From positions 64,001 through 128,000 of the forward strand of contig JBCCHT010000005.1 in the NCBI GenBank assembly GCA_039028615.1: a stretch of DNA of 64,000 nt, given 5' to 3'. The notes below the pieces were generated by a model that did not search any database, was not told where the DNA came from, and worked only from the letters and a program-made list of their open reading frames with translations. The position numbers and the translations under genes are program-made. This DNA is from Myxococcota bacterium (GTDB lineage Bacteria; Myxococcota_A; Polyangia; Nannocystales; Nannocystaceae). This document shows, in pieces, positions 8,354 through 18,605 of this stretch; position 1 is the first letter of the stretch, and every line of letters starts with the position of its first letter.

Positions 8354-10447
8354 CTAGTGCTCGTCGAGATAGGCCCACATGGCGCTCATCCACAGACGTA
8401 CGCGCCACTGTCCGGTCGTGATGCCTTCATCGCGAAGTACGTTCAGTGAGTACGTCACACACTGCATATACGTATCGAAGTCGACGTCGGTGTCGTAACT
8501 ACAAGGGATCTCGGGTAGCACCAAGTGCTCCCCGGGCTCCACGTCGTAGAGGCGATTGCGGGTCCCCCCCGGCCACAGCACATCCACCGTCACCCCATCG
8601 TCCTGGCCGAGGCCGAAGTACGCCTCGCTGGCGTGGGAGGACGAGTGACTCGAGCCGCCCGTGATGGGCATCATCTGCGTCTGGCCCGCGTCGTTGGTGG
8701 CGCTGACCACCGCCCCGATGCCCTCTCGGTTGCTGCCCGACCAGCACAACAGGTCGGTCGTGCCCCTCAGGCCGATGGTGATGCCGCCGTTGTCGTTGCC
8801 GTCGTTGCGATCGATTCGAACGGTGCCCGGCGCGTAGTCGATGCCGGTCCAGACCAGGTAGTCCCCGGTATCGTCGGTTGGCGCAAAGGTGGGAACGAAG
8901 GTCGCGAACTGGTCCAAGGTGCTGCCGTAGCTGGCGGGGCCGGGCAGGGTGGGGATGGGCTCGGGCACATCCCAGTTCGAGGCGGTGACGATGTCGACGA
9001 AGCCGTCGCGGTCGAGGTCGCCGATGGACGTCGATCGCACGTTGCGCCGCTGGTGGCGGGCCCCCAGCGAGGTCACGTTGGTCTCGAGCGAAGCCCCGCA
9101 GCCGTGGTTTTCGACCACCACCCCCGGGTTGTCACGCAGCCCGATGGGCATCATCTCCAGCCCGCCGTAGTAGACCGCGTCCGAGTCGCCATCGTTGTCG
9201 ATGTCGAAGACCGCGTTGCCCCAGCCGAACGCGGTGCCTTCCTCCGTCCAGCCGGGGTCGATGAGCGTGCCGTCGCCCGCTCCGTAGAAGATCCGCGTGG
9301 CCTGGTCACCGAGCGCGTAGGGCAGGCCCAGGGTCGGCATGTGGTAGTCGCCGAAGTTCGACCCGAACACATCCATGGCCCCGTCGCAGTCGAAGTCGCC
9401 GAAGCCGACGCCCATCCACGAGCCCGGCGTCTGCGAGCCGAAGTCGCCGGGTTGATCGGTGAAGTTGCCGTTGCCGTCGTTGAGCAGCACGTGCACGTAG
9501 CCACGATCGATCCCCATCGGCCCCGCGACTGCGGTGGTGGGGATACCGCCCTGATCGTCGGCATGCACGAGATCGACGTCACCGTCGAGATCGATGTCGA
9601 CCAGGGCCAGCGCCCAGGTGATGGAAGCGGCGCCGGGTGGAAGATACTGTAGGTTCTCGATGCCCGAGTTCGCGCTGACGTCGGTGAAGGTGTTGTCCCC
9701 ACCATTGAGGTACAGCTGATTGTGCTCGTTGATCGCGTAGGGCTCGGCGAAGATCGCGAACAAGGATTCCAGCGGAAACGCGTTGGCGACCGCGATATCT
9801 AGCAATCCGTCGCCATCGACGTCCCCCATGGTGCACGCGGGGTGCGAGCGAAGGTCGAGATCGAGGCCACTATCGACGACTTCATCGAACGTGCCATCTC
9901 CCAGGTTCTCGTACAGTCGGTTGGGTGCTCCACGCCCCAGTACCAGGAGGTCCGAGTCCCCATCATTGTCGATGTCACCGTGACATGAGCCATTGGAGTC
10001 CATGTCAATTCCAGTGATCCCCGCCGAGTCAGCCACATCCACGAACGTCATTGCGCCGGTTTGCGACAGTTGATTCTCGAACAATGCGTTGGCAGCCCCT
10101 TGGCCATTGGTGACGAAGATGTCGAGATCGCCATCTCCGTCGAAGTCGAAGACCGAAGTCCCCGAAAGCCCGTGCGACCCCATGGGAGTGAACGGGAGGT
10201 TGGCGCCCGGCCAAGGGGCTGCCTGTGACCCGCTACGAAGGGCCGAAACGGCCGCAAAATCGGGCGAACGGGCCCGTACGTAGCTATGCAGGTCATTGCT
10301 CGCGTCCGAGAACGTGGTGCCATGATCCGGTTCGACTCCACCGGCAATGGCATCCGACGCCAACGAAGTGGCAGCGATGAGCGAAAGACAAAGAACCCAG
10401 GACACGCGCGCACGCGGGCCCCATACCCCCAATTGATGTACCGACAT
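8354..10447 (-). CDS. CRTAC1-like secreted protein (FG-GAP/VCBS repeats + ASPIC/UnbV domain)
   Basis: Signal peptide; repeated DFDGDGDLD/DIDNDGD motifs; SNREGIGAVV...YFGLG...V.WPGG. Confidence 0.85.
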   Translation of the reverse strand: MSVHQLGVWGPRARVSWVLCLSLIAATSLASDAIAGGVEPDHGTTFSDASNDLHSYVRARSPDFAAVSALRSGSQAAPWPGANLPFTPMGSHGLSGTSVFDFDGDGDLDIFVTNGQGAANALFENQLSQTGAMTFVDVADSAGITGIDMDSNGSCHGDIDNDGDSDLLVLGRGAPNRLYENLGDGTFDEVVDSGLDLDLRSHPACTMGDVDGDGLLDIAVANAFPLESLFAIFAEPYAINEHNQLYLNGGDNTFTDVSANSGIENLQYLPPGAASITWALALVDIDLDGDVDLVHADDQGGIPTTAVAGPMGIDRGYVHVLLNDGNGNFTDQPGDFGSQTPGSWMGVGFGDFDCDGAMDVFGSNFGDYHMPTLGLPYALGDQATRIFYGAGDGTLIDPGWTEEGTAFGWGNAVFDIDNDGDSDAVYYGGLEMMPIGLRDNPGVVVENHGCGASLETNVTSLGARHQRRNVRSTSIGDLDRDGFVDIVTASNWDVPEPIPTLPGPASYGSTLDQFATFVPTFAPTDDTGDYLVWTGIDYAPGTVRIDRNDGNDNGGITIGLRGTTDLLCWSGSNREGIGAVVSATNDAGQTQMMPITGGSSHSSSHASEAYFGLGQDDGVTVDVLWPGGTRNRLYDVEPGEHLVLPEIPCSYDTDVDFDTYMQCVTYSLNVLRDEGITTGQWRVRLWMSAMWAYLDEH

Positions 10448-11116
10448 TTTCGACCCCTTGCGATCACACACTCAGCAGTCGAGCCCCCTAATGGGGTTCC
10501 CCGAGAACCCCAATGCTCGACTACTGACGACCGCGGAAGGAGCCTGTCCCAATGGCCCCCGGGTTGTCAAGCTTACTTTTTTTCAGTCAGTCGTTGTTCG
10601 TGTGGAGTTGTCGAATGTCAATCTCGTCTGTCGACATGATTCCACGTAGGTTCACGACGAACATTCGTTGATTGATCGAAGAGCGGCCAATGGGACGATC
10701 GAGCTGAAACGGCAGCACCAGGCCTGAATCGAGGTTCTGCTGTATGTAGGGGGCAGTATGTAGAGAGACCGGTTGCCGGCCGCGCCGGCGTCTATCGACA
10801 GTCGGTCAACTTCGTGGTCGCCCGTACTAAATTGTTTAAATCAGAGAACCCCTTACTGGGACTATGCGGTTCAGACGCACGTTAATTTCATGCGATTGCG
10901 CGCAGTGGAACTTAATAACCAATTGCCTGTCGAGTGTGTCATTGGGTGGATCGTTCGACTATGTTCCCACTGGAAATCAGCCACTCACCGGGACGAAGTG
11001 AGATTGGGGCGGCCCGCATTGGTATGGTGAGAACGGCGATTAAAGGCCTGTTGGCCGGACCGGATCGGGTATGCAGAATCGGTTGCGCCCACGAATCAGG
11101 TGACTATGTCTAAGGC

Positions 11117-11533
11117 GTGCAAGTGTTCGAGACGATAGCGTTCGGCTTCGTGGAAGACATGTACGTGACTGTCCACCGGGCGGAGCGAGTGGCAGAAAAG
11201 GACTGGGCGGCGTTCGTCGCTCATGTCGAGGCCGCCGAAGCCATCCCTCGCATGTTGGTCATCGCGGGTCCGGGCAAGCTCGATCCCGAGCAGCGGCACT
11301 TCGTGCGGGGCGCCTACGACCGCTTCAACATGCGCATCGGTGTACTGGCCGACTCTCGGCTCGCTCGCGGCATCCTGACCGCGCTGAACTGGTTCGGGGT
11401 AGAGGCCAAGGCGTTCCAAGCCCACGACCTCGACGGCGCTCTGTCGTACCTCGGGCGCGATGTCCTACGAGCCAAGGCCGTGGCGGCCCTGGCGACGTGC
11501 ATGGGTCCCGGCTGGCTCGAGAAGACTGCGTAG
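11117..11533 (+). CDS. Small STAS/SEC14-like hypothetical protein
   Basis: 'DSRLARGILTALNWFG...AF...LDGALSYL' SpoIIAA-like pattern. Confidence 0.65.
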   Translation: MQVFETIAFGFVEDMYVTVHRAERVAEKDWAAFVAHVEAAEAIPRMLVIAGPGKLDPEQRHFVRGAYDRFNMRIGVLADSRLARGILTALNWFGVEAKAFQAHDLDGALSYLGRDVLRAKAVAALATCMGPGWLEKTA

Positions 11534-11766
11534 TGCAGTTCACCAAGCCGACCGTCGTCGGGTCTCGGCCGCCGAAGCGATCTCGAGCCGCCGTCAAAGA
11601 ACGTCCACACTCGACGCTCGTGGCGCCGTCCAATGGAGCGAGGACGGCGTCCCAGAGTCGAGTGGGTACAATTGTCCATTCGGCCGCCGATGAAACTACA
11701 GGTCGGTGAGCGGGCCGTGGGAGGCCGGTTCACGATGGCCGCAGCGTCCGTCGTATCCTGAACCCG

Positions 11767-13461
11767 ATGCGGGTGGGCGTGCCACGAGTTCTCGGTGTCT
11801 TTGGCAGCATGGTCCTGTTCGGGAGCTCGGTGGCCCACGCCGACGAACCTGTCGTGCAGCGGCAGGCGTGGAGCGGGCACCTGGGGTTTTTCGCCACCGG
11901 GGCGCCCCTGGCGATCGATGGGCCCGACGCGGATACGACCAGCGTGGATCAACTGGCACAACCGGCCAGCATCCAGCTGACGCCCGCCGATCTGCCACCG
12001 GGCGCCCAGCTCACCGCGGCCTATCTGTATTGGGGCGGGTCGATCGCCAACAGCGAATGTACCGTCGTGGGCGACATCGACGACGAGGTGGACTTCAGCG
12101 CCCCCGACTCTGCCGTGCTGTCGGTCGTCGCCGACGAGTGCTTTTGTTCGGTTGCTGGATCGATGGCATATGACGTTCAATTGTGCCGATCCGATGTGAC
12201 TGCATCGATCCTGAGCCTCGAGGGGGAGTACTCGGTCTCCGAGCTCGACGTGCTCATCAGCAACGAGACGACGCATCACGCATCGTTCTCGCTCGTGGTG
12301 GTCTACTGGGCCCCGGGCCTGCCTCCGCGCCGCGTCGCGCTCTACGACGGGCTGCTGACGATGGCCAACGACACCAATGTCGAGGAAGTCATCACGCTGG
12401 GCGGGCTGGACATCGACGATCCGGCGGTGGGGGACCTGACCTGGTACGTGCTGGAAGGCGACGTGGGCGGGTCTTCGGGCGAGGGCGCCGAGGTCACGGG
12501 CTTGCCGGGCGGAGGCCAGCTGGTGCTGGCGGACGCGGTCAATCCCGCGGGCAACCCGATGAATCACACCATCAACACCACGTCGCCGATCCAGACCGAG
12601 TCGCTGGGAGTGGACATCGATCGCTTCGAGATCGATGCGGCACTGGACCCGGCCGACGACGCGGTGCAATTGCGCTTCACGGCGGGGATCGACAAGTGGT
12701 GGCTGGCCTACGGCATCGTGGGGGTCAACGTGTTCGAGCCGGTGCTGGCCGACCTGTCGGGCAAGGGGTGGACGCTGGAAGACGATGCCGATGGCGACGG
12801 GAGTCCGTCGGGCGGGGACACGATTCGCTTCACGATTCGGCTGAACAACACGGGCAATGCCGATGCGATGGTCACGGTGGTGGACCCCATTCCGTTGGAG
12901 GCGCTCAGCTGGGCGCTGGTCGACGCGGCGGGCGGGACGGATGCCAGCGCTGGCAATACGCTGATCGTCGAGGACATCCCGGTGGCGGTGGGCGGAGAGG
13001 TCGACGTCACCGTGGATGTCGTGCTCGACGACGTACCGCCGGGCACCGAGGTGGTCAACGTGGCCGACTATGTGGCGCAGCCCGGAGGCGCGGCGGGGAC
13101 TCTGGTCGCGCCGGCCGTGGTGGTGGGAGAGGCGACCGCGGGCGACTCGACGGGGGCCGATTCGACCGGCGACGACGGGGCCGCGGACACCACGGGGGCC
13201 GGGACGACGGCGGGGTCGGGCAGCGGAGGCGCCACCGGGTTGGGCGACGAGACCGGCTCGACGCCTCCGCCGGGGGTCGAGACCAGCGCAACGCCAGGCA
13301 CGGGCGCGACGGGAGTCGGCGGCAGCTCGGGCGGGGCTACGGACGGTAGCGGGTGCGGATGCGGAACGCGGGGCCACGGTGCCCCCGGGTGGGCGTGGGC
13401 CCTGATGGCGCTATGGGCCGCCGCAGCGCGCCGACGTCGGCCGTCAGCGGTTCGCGCCTAG
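11767..13461 (+). CDS. Secreted surface protein with DUF11-like domain and MYXO-CTERM sorting signal
   Basis: Signal peptide (VAHA-D), AAYLYWGGS, GDTIRFTIRLNNTGN (DUF11-like), Gly/Thr linker, GCGC...hydrophobic...RRRR tail. Confidence 0.85.
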   Translation: MRVGVPRVLGVFGSMVLFGSSVAHADEPVVQRQAWSGHLGFFATGAPLAIDGPDADTTSVDQLAQPASIQLTPADLPPGAQLTAAYLYWGGSIANSECTVVGDIDDEVDFSAPDSAVLSVVADECFCSVAGSMAYDVQLCRSDVTASILSLEGEYSVSELDVLISNETTHHASFSLVVVYWAPGLPPRRVALYDGLLTMANDTNVEEVITLGGLDIDDPAVGDLTWYVLEGDVGGSSGEGAEVTGLPGGGQLVLADAVNPAGNPMNHTINTTSPIQTESLGVDIDRFEIDAALDPADDAVQLRFTAGIDKWWLAYGIVGVNVFEPVLADLSGKGWTLEDDADGDGSPSGGDTIRFTIRLNNTGNADAMVTVVDPIPLEALSWALVDAAGGTDASAGNTLIVEDIPVAVGGEVDVTVDVVLDDVPPGTEVVNVADYVAQPGGAAGTLVAPAVVVGEATAGDSTGADSTGDDGAADTTGAGTTAGSGSGGATGLGDETGSTPPPGVETSATPGTGATGVGGSSGGATDGSGCGCGTRGHGAPGWAWALMALWAAAARRRRPSAVRA

Positions 13462-13989
13462 GGCCTTCAGCTCGCGCTCGAGGGTCGACCGCAGGGCCCC
13501 CAAGGCGGCGGCCGGGTCGGGGTCGACGAGCAGATCGATGACCAAGTCGTGATAGTCGATGGATTCCGGTCGCGGGCACTGGACGTCCCGGAGCTCGCGA
13601 TCGAGGCGGAGCAGCCACCGCCCGGTGCGGAGCAACACCGCATCGAGGGCCAGCGCATCCTGAGGGATCTTTTCCGGTAGATAGTGCAGCGCGTTCTCGG
13701 CGATGTGGATGGCCTCGTCGAACGCGAAGGCCCGGATGGCGGCGGCCAGCTGAGAGGGCGGCGGGTCCTCGCGCCCGGCCACGGCCGAGGGGCGGCGGCC
13801 ATCGAGCGCGGCGACCATGCGGCGCTCGTCGGAGTTTTGCTCCTCGATCACTCGGGAGAGCGCACGGCGGCGGGGGGCATCGGCGGGAGGGCACGCGGCC
13901 AGGGCGGCCTCGTCCTCGCGCAGGCGCTCCTGGAGGGCAGCCAGCTGGGCCTTCCACCGCTGCCGTTCCATGACTGAGAGGGCGGACAT
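13444..13989 (-). CDS. Hypothetical helical protein
   Basis: Plausible composition; 7 nt downstream of the YihY gene on the same strand; no recognisable motif. Confidence 0.55.
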   Translation of the reverse strand: MSALSVMERQRWKAQLAALQERLREDEAALAACPPADAPRRRALSRVIEEQNSDERRMVAALDGRRPSAVAGREDPPPSQLAAAIRAFAFDEAIHIAENALHYLPEKIPQDALALDAVLLRTGRWLLRLDRELRDVQCPRPESIDYHDLVIDLLVDPDPAAALGALRSTLERELKALGANR

Positions 13990-13996
13990 GTCGGTC

Positions 13997-15424
13997 TCAG
14001 GGGCGGCGACCGCCGGTCACGAGGTCAGCGTAGCTCGTCTCCTCCACGATGTGCAGCCGGGCGTCGTCGAGGCGAGCAAAAACCTCGCCCAGTCGGTCGG
14101 CGCGGGGCTGCTGGGATTGCTCGTGGTCGAACAGCACCAGCACGTCCAGCAGCATGATCTGCGCCAAGGGGCGCGCGGGGACGAAGCGCTGGCCTTCGTC
14201 GTCGGTGTCGGTGTCGACGATGTAGCCGTGGCGCTCGAGGTGGGTCAAAAGCTCACCGATTCGCTCGAGGGGGAGCCGAAAGCGCTCGCCCAGCGTCTCG
14301 GGGCTGAGCCCGATCCCGCGTCGCGCGAAGCTGTCGCAGATCGCCAGCATCAGGCGGGCCGCGGTGCGGCCGGAGTCGTTGGGCGCCTCGGTGCGCTCGC
14401 GGACGTAGGAGTTCACGTAGCCCTGCAGCGCGATGTAACGCCGTCGCTGGATCACGAAGGTGATCTCCGCCCCCAGCAGGATCACCATCCACGACAAGTA
14501 CGACCACACGATGATGATGGGGAAGATCGCCAGCGAGCCGTACACCCCCTCGTAGGTGCGCAGGGCGAAGCTGGTGGCGTAGTAGCCGAACGCCACCTTG
14601 CCCGCCTCGATGAGCACCGCGGTGAGCAGGCCGCCCGCGACGGCCGGACCCCAGCGCACCGCGGTGTAGGGCACGTAGCGGTTGAGCAGCACCAGGCCGG
14701 CACCCGTGGTGAGCATGGGCAGGGACAGCGAGCGGGTCACGCCGGCCACCAGCGGCTCGGTGAGGCTGTAGAGCATCAGCGCCGGGCCCAGCGTGGCCAG
14801 CGTGTAGAACATGGTGAACTTCACCAGCACGCTGCGGCTTCGGGTGACCCGCCAGATCCCGTTGAAGGTGCGCTCGAGGGTGGAGAACAGCACGAACGCG
14901 ATCGACAGCGTGACGCCGAAGCCCCAGGCGCCCAGCGTGGACACGTTGACGCGGGCAGCCAGCTTCATGGCGTCTTCGGCCATGACGATCGCCTTGTCCG
15001 TCTCGGGCACGAGCCCGCGGAACATCTCTTCGAGCAGGGCGGTGCCCGACGAGGGGTCCATCAAGCCGACGATGAGCAGCGCGACCCCGATGGTGGGGAC
15101 CGTCGACAGCAGGGTGTGCATGGTGAGCAGCCCCGCCATGTGACTGCAGCGGTCCTCGACCAGCCAGCGGCGGAGCACGAACACCAGCAGCAGCCAGATC
15201 CGGCGGAGGGGAGCGGGCTCGGCCTCGGGCAGCTTGGGGACCAGGCGCGTGCGAGCGACGGCGAGACGACGTCGCACGGCCGCGATGCGGCGGGCCTTGA
15301 CGCTCGACGAGGGCAGGGGCGACGGGTCCTCGTCGGTCGACGGTGCGAGGACCTCGTGTTCGACCGATGGCGTGGACCCCGAGCCCTGCGCGGGCTCACC
15401 TTCGTTGTCGGGGTCGTCGGCCAC
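13997..15424 (-). CDS. YihY/BrkB family membrane protein with C-terminal Rrf2-like winged helix
   Basis: TLLSTVP, FNGIWRV, YEGVYGSLAIFPIIIVWSYLSWMVILLGAEI; HTH-like tail 'LGERFRLPLERIGELLTHLERHGYI'. Confidence 0.85.
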   Translation of the reverse strand: MADDPDNEGEPAQGSGSTPSVEHEVLAPSTDEDPSPLPSSSVKARRIAAVRRRLAVARTRLVPKLPEAEPAPLRRIWLLLVFVLRRWLVEDRCSHMAGLLTMHTLLSTVPTIGVALLIVGLMDPSSGTALLEEMFRGLVPETDKAIVMAEDAMKLAARVNVSTLGAWGFGVTLSIAFVLFSTLERTFNGIWRVTRSRSVLVKFTMFYTLATLGPALMLYSLTEPLVAGVTRSLSLPMLTTGAGLVLLNRYVPYTAVRWGPAVAGGLLTAVLIEAGKVAFGYYATSFALRTYEGVYGSLAIFPIIIVWSYLSWMVILLGAEITFVIQRRRYIALQGYVNSYVRERTEAPNDSGRTAARLMLAICDSFARRGIGLSPETLGERFRLPLERIGELLTHLERHGYIVDTDTDDEGQRFVPARPLAQIMLLDVLVLFDHEQSQQPRADRLGEVFARLDDARLHIVEETSYADLVTGGRRP

Positions 15425-15436
15425 CGCCTGCGGTTC

Positions 15437-16171
15437 CTACTTGCGGCTCGCGACCTTCTTGGGCGGGCGCTTGCGCGTGCGTTCGATCTTCTCGCGCAGC
15501 GGCGCGGCGAGGTCTTCGAGCTCCTGGCGGAGGGCACCGAGGTGCTTCTCCGTGTCGGTCACGCGCTGGTCGGTGAGGCCATCGATGTCGGGCAGCAGCT
15601 CGGCGAGCTTGCGCGCGGCCGACATCGCCTTGGTGATCGCCTCGAGCTGCTCGGCCCCCTCGGGCTTGGGGTGCAGGATCGGGTCGAAGCGACGGCGCAG
15701 CTCGGCCACCGATTGCCCCTCGTCGAACACCGCGTGGCGCAGCTCTTTGATGACCTCGCGCGGGGCTTGGACCGGCTCGTTGGCGGCCTTGCCTCCCGCG
15801 TCGGCCCGGCCTCCGCTGCCCATGGCCTTGGAGAAGTAGTCGACCGCCTGGTAGCTGGGGATCTCTTTTTCGACCCCATCCCACTTGAGCACCTGCGGGG
15901 CGAGCCGCTGCAGCGCGGAGAAGCTCATGGTGAGCTTGTCGACGGTGCCGCGCTTGAGGAACAGCTCTTGGTTGCAGTACTTGTAAAAGTCGTCGTGGCC
16001 CCAGGCGGCGTGCAACTTCGAGCGGCGGATCTCGACCAGGGTCTCGGCCAGCTCGACCCAGGAACGTTTGAAACGCTGGGTACAGCGCAAGGCTTCGAGC
16101 CGCTGCGGATCGGCACCCGACTCCTCGAGATGCGCCAACAAGGCCTCGATCTTCTCCGTCGCTCGCGTCAC
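15437..16171 (-). CDS. Conserved hypothetical protein, possible DNA-binding helical protein
   Basis: 3' part of ORF 15437..17401, GTG at 16171; 'RFKRSWVELA...WG..DF..YC..EL.L...TV.KL' motif; coiled-coil and basic tail. Confidence 0.7.
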   Translation of the reverse strand: MTRATEKIEALLAHLEESGADPQRLEALRCTQRFKRSWVELAETLVEIRRSKLHAAWGHDDFYKYCNQELFLKRGTVDKLTMSFSALQRLAPQVLKWDGVEKEIPSYQAVDYFSKAMGSGGRADAGGKAANEPVQAPREVIKELRHAVFDEGQSVAELRRRFDPILHPKPEGAEQLEAITKAMSAARKLAELLPDIDGLTDQRVTDTEKHLGALRQELEDLAAPLREKIERTRKRPPKKVASRK

Positions 16172-16219
16172 GAGTTTGGCGTATAGCACCCGTGGCGGCC
16201 GCGGTGGTACCGTAAGCGC

Positions 16220-17941
16220 ATGGAAGTCCCGGCACGGGCAGGGACGGCGGTTAGCGCCCCTACCGGGCCAAAGACACGGCCGTTTCGCTTTGGGCTGAGT
16301 GCCGAAGGCGGTGGCGATCCAGCCTGGCCCGAGGGGTCGATGGTGGGGGATCGCTATCGGATCGTCGGTGAGCTGGGCGAGGGCGGCATGGGCCGGGTGT
16401 ACGACGCCGAGGACATGGCGGGGGCCCAGCCGGTGCGGGTTGCGCTCAAGATCCTCCGGGCCGAGCGACGCCAAGACGAGCACCTGGCCCGATTCCGCCA
16501 AGAGGCCAAGTCGGCGGCGAGGGTGGGGCACCCGGGAATCGTGCGGGTCTTCGACTCGGGGCAGTTCCCCGACGGCACCATGTACCTGGTGATGGAGCGG
16601 CTGTTCGGGCAGTCGTTCGAGGACTGGCTGGAAGGGCCCGGCCGACTCAGCGATGGCCTGACGTGGCTGGCCCAGGTCGCGCGCGGACTGCATGCCGCGC
16701 ACGCCGCGGGCATCGTGCACCGCGACATCAAGCCGGCCAACATCTACCTGCACGGCGATGCCACGCGTCGCGACCACCAGGTGCAGGCGAAGATCCTCGA
16801 CTTCGGCATCGCCAAGGTCGTCACCAAGGACGTCACGCAGATCGAGACGCAGGCGGGGACGCTGTTGGGCACGCCCTACTACCTGGCGCCCGAGCGCGCG
16901 CTGGGGCGCTCCCTCGACGCCCGGGCCGACCTCTACAGCCTCGGGGTGATGCTCTACGAAGTGCTCACCGGGTGGGTGCCCTTCGACGACGAGACGTTCA
17001 TGGGCATCTTGGCCCAGCACCTCAAGGCGCAGCCGCTCGATCCACGCCAGGCCGCGCCCGATCGACCGCTGCCCGATGGGGTGTGTCGGCTGACGATGCG
17101 CCTTCTGGCCAAGGAACCCGACGAGCGACCTGCCGACGGCCAGGCCTTGGCCGACGAGATCGATCGCCTGCTGCAGACGGAAGCCGACGCCATCGCGGTG
17201 GTGCAGACGGGGCCGCGACAGGCGAGCACCGCGGGGCAAGCCACGGCGAACATCCAGGACCTGGCTCATCGGGCGACCGCGGCTCCGGGCGTGGCCTCGG
17301 CGGGCGGGCAGGGGACGCAGGCGTTGGGCAGCGGCAGCAGCCACGCGCGCATGGGGTCGGCCACGACCCACATCGACATGGACCAAGCGCGGCAGGGACA
17401 CGCGGCCGCGAGTCAGTCGGTCCCGCGTCGCGTGGTCGCCGAACCCAGCGGCCCCATGCGCTTCGCCACCGCGACTCCCGACTCGTCCGTGGCCGCGCCC
17501 GTCGTCGCGTCGACGCCGTCGTCCGGGTCCCGCACGGTCGTGCCGCTCGGGGTGGCCGCGCTGGTCCTGGTGGTGGGTCTGGGGGTCGCGTGGACGCTGT
17601 CGCAGCGAAGCTCGGACGCCGCTGCGTCCGAACCCGTGCCTGCACCCGCCGCGGCTGCGATGCCGTCGAGCGCGGACGAACCCGAGCCCGAGCCCGCGGC
17701 CGCCGACGGCGAGACCCCGCCGCCCGCACCCGATGTCGGCGCTCCACCGCCAGCAGAGGCGGTCCTAGCCCCCGAAGCGAAGCCCGATCTGGGCGCAGGC
17801 GCGGCGGCTACCGCAGCACAGACCAGCGGTGATACAAAGTCCCGCGAGCGCCGACGGCCCTCCCGGCCAAAGCGCCCCAAACCCAAGTCCAATCCCGATG
17901 CGCCGCCTCCGCCCGACTTCAAGGACGATGTCTACGAGTAG
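16220..17941 (+). CDS. Membrane-anchored Hanks-type Ser/Thr protein kinase
   Basis: GEGGMGRVY, VALK, HRDIKPAN, DFG, GTPYYLAPE; one TM; Pro/Ala-rich C-terminus. Confidence 0.95.
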   Translation: MEVPARAGTAVSAPTGPKTRPFRFGLSAEGGGDPAWPEGSMVGDRYRIVGELGEGGMGRVYDAEDMAGAQPVRVALKILRAERRQDEHLARFRQEAKSAARVGHPGIVRVFDSGQFPDGTMYLVMERLFGQSFEDWLEGPGRLSDGLTWLAQVARGLHAAHAAGIVHRDIKPANIYLHGDATRRDHQVQAKILDFGIAKVVTKDVTQIETQAGTLLGTPYYLAPERALGRSLDARADLYSLGVMLYEVLTGWVPFDDETFMGILAQHLKAQPLDPRQAAPDRPLPDGVCRLTMRLLAKEPDERPADGQALADEIDRLLQTEADAIAVVQTGPRQASTAGQATANIQDLAHRATAAPGVASAGGQGTQALGSGSSHARMGSATTHIDMDQARQGHAAASQSVPRRVVAEPSGPMRFATATPDSSVAAPVVASTPSSGSRTVVPLGVAALVLVVGLGVAWTLSQRSSDAAASEPVPAPAAAAMPSSADEPEPEPAAADGETPPPAPDVGAPPPAEAVLAPEAKPDLGAGAAATAAQTSGDTKSRERRRPSRPKRPKPKSNPDAPPPPDFKDDVYE

Positions 17942-18605
17942 AGCACTGCGAGCGGGTCTGGCGGCCACGGTCACCGCGGCGCTGCTGGTCTCGTCGTCTT
18001 CGGCCCACGCCTCGCCGTGGGCGCTGCCGTCGTCGGCCTCGCTGCACGCGGCGGCCCCGGCTCAGCCCGACACCCTCGAAGGGGCGCTCGAGAGCGGAGA
18101 CCTGGATGCAGCCGAGGAGTTGGCCGCTCAGGCCCGGGAGGCGGACCCGAGCGCCGCCAACTGGCAGCGCGAAGGCGAGGTCCTCGAGCAGTCCGGCGAG
18201 TACCAGCGGGCGGCCGAGGCCTACCGCGAGGCCAAGAAGGCCGCGGGCGAGGATGCCGAGGCAGCCAGCGCGGCCGACGAAGGCCTGGCCCGCGTGTCGG
18301 CAGCCGCTCGGGGCACCGTGGCCGACGAGCCCGCGTCCACGCATCGCGAGCAGCTCGACGAGCGCTGGGCACCCAAGCCTCCGCCCAAGCCCGAGCCCAA
18401 GCCCGAGCCACCCCCGGTGCAAGAGCCCGCCAGCGATCGCATCGTGAACAAGTGGTACTTCTGGGTGACGGTCGGCGCCATCGTGGCCAGCGCGGCTGCG
18501 GTCACCACCATCGCCATTCGGGCCTCCCGCGACGACCAACCCGATGCCCTCGATTCGCTGACCGTACAGCCCGGTCCGCGCGGCCTGGGCGTGCTGCGTT
18601 TCTAA
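17928..18605 (+). CDS. Secreted TPR-like protein with C-terminal hydrophobic segment
   Basis: Signal peptide (SAHA-S), TPR-like helices (GEYQRAAEAYREA), Pro linker, 'KWYFW' + hydrophobic stretch; overlaps kinase stop. Confidence 0.7.
   Translation: MSTSRALRAGLAATVTAALLVSSSSAHASPWALPSSASLHAAAPAQPDTLEGALESGDLDAAEELAAQAREADPSAANWQREGEVLEQSGEYQRAAEAYREAKKAAGEDAEAASAADEGLARVSAAARGTVADEPASTHREQLDERWAPKPPPKPEPKPEPPPVQEPASDRIVNKWYFWVTVGAIVASAAAVTTIAIRASRDDQPDALDSLTVQPGPRGLGVLRF

Noticed and set aside
10458..11030. Small ORFs 10458..10649 and 10773..11030 in the low-GC gap
   Set aside because: TTG starts, no clear RBS, atypical codon usage and no motifs
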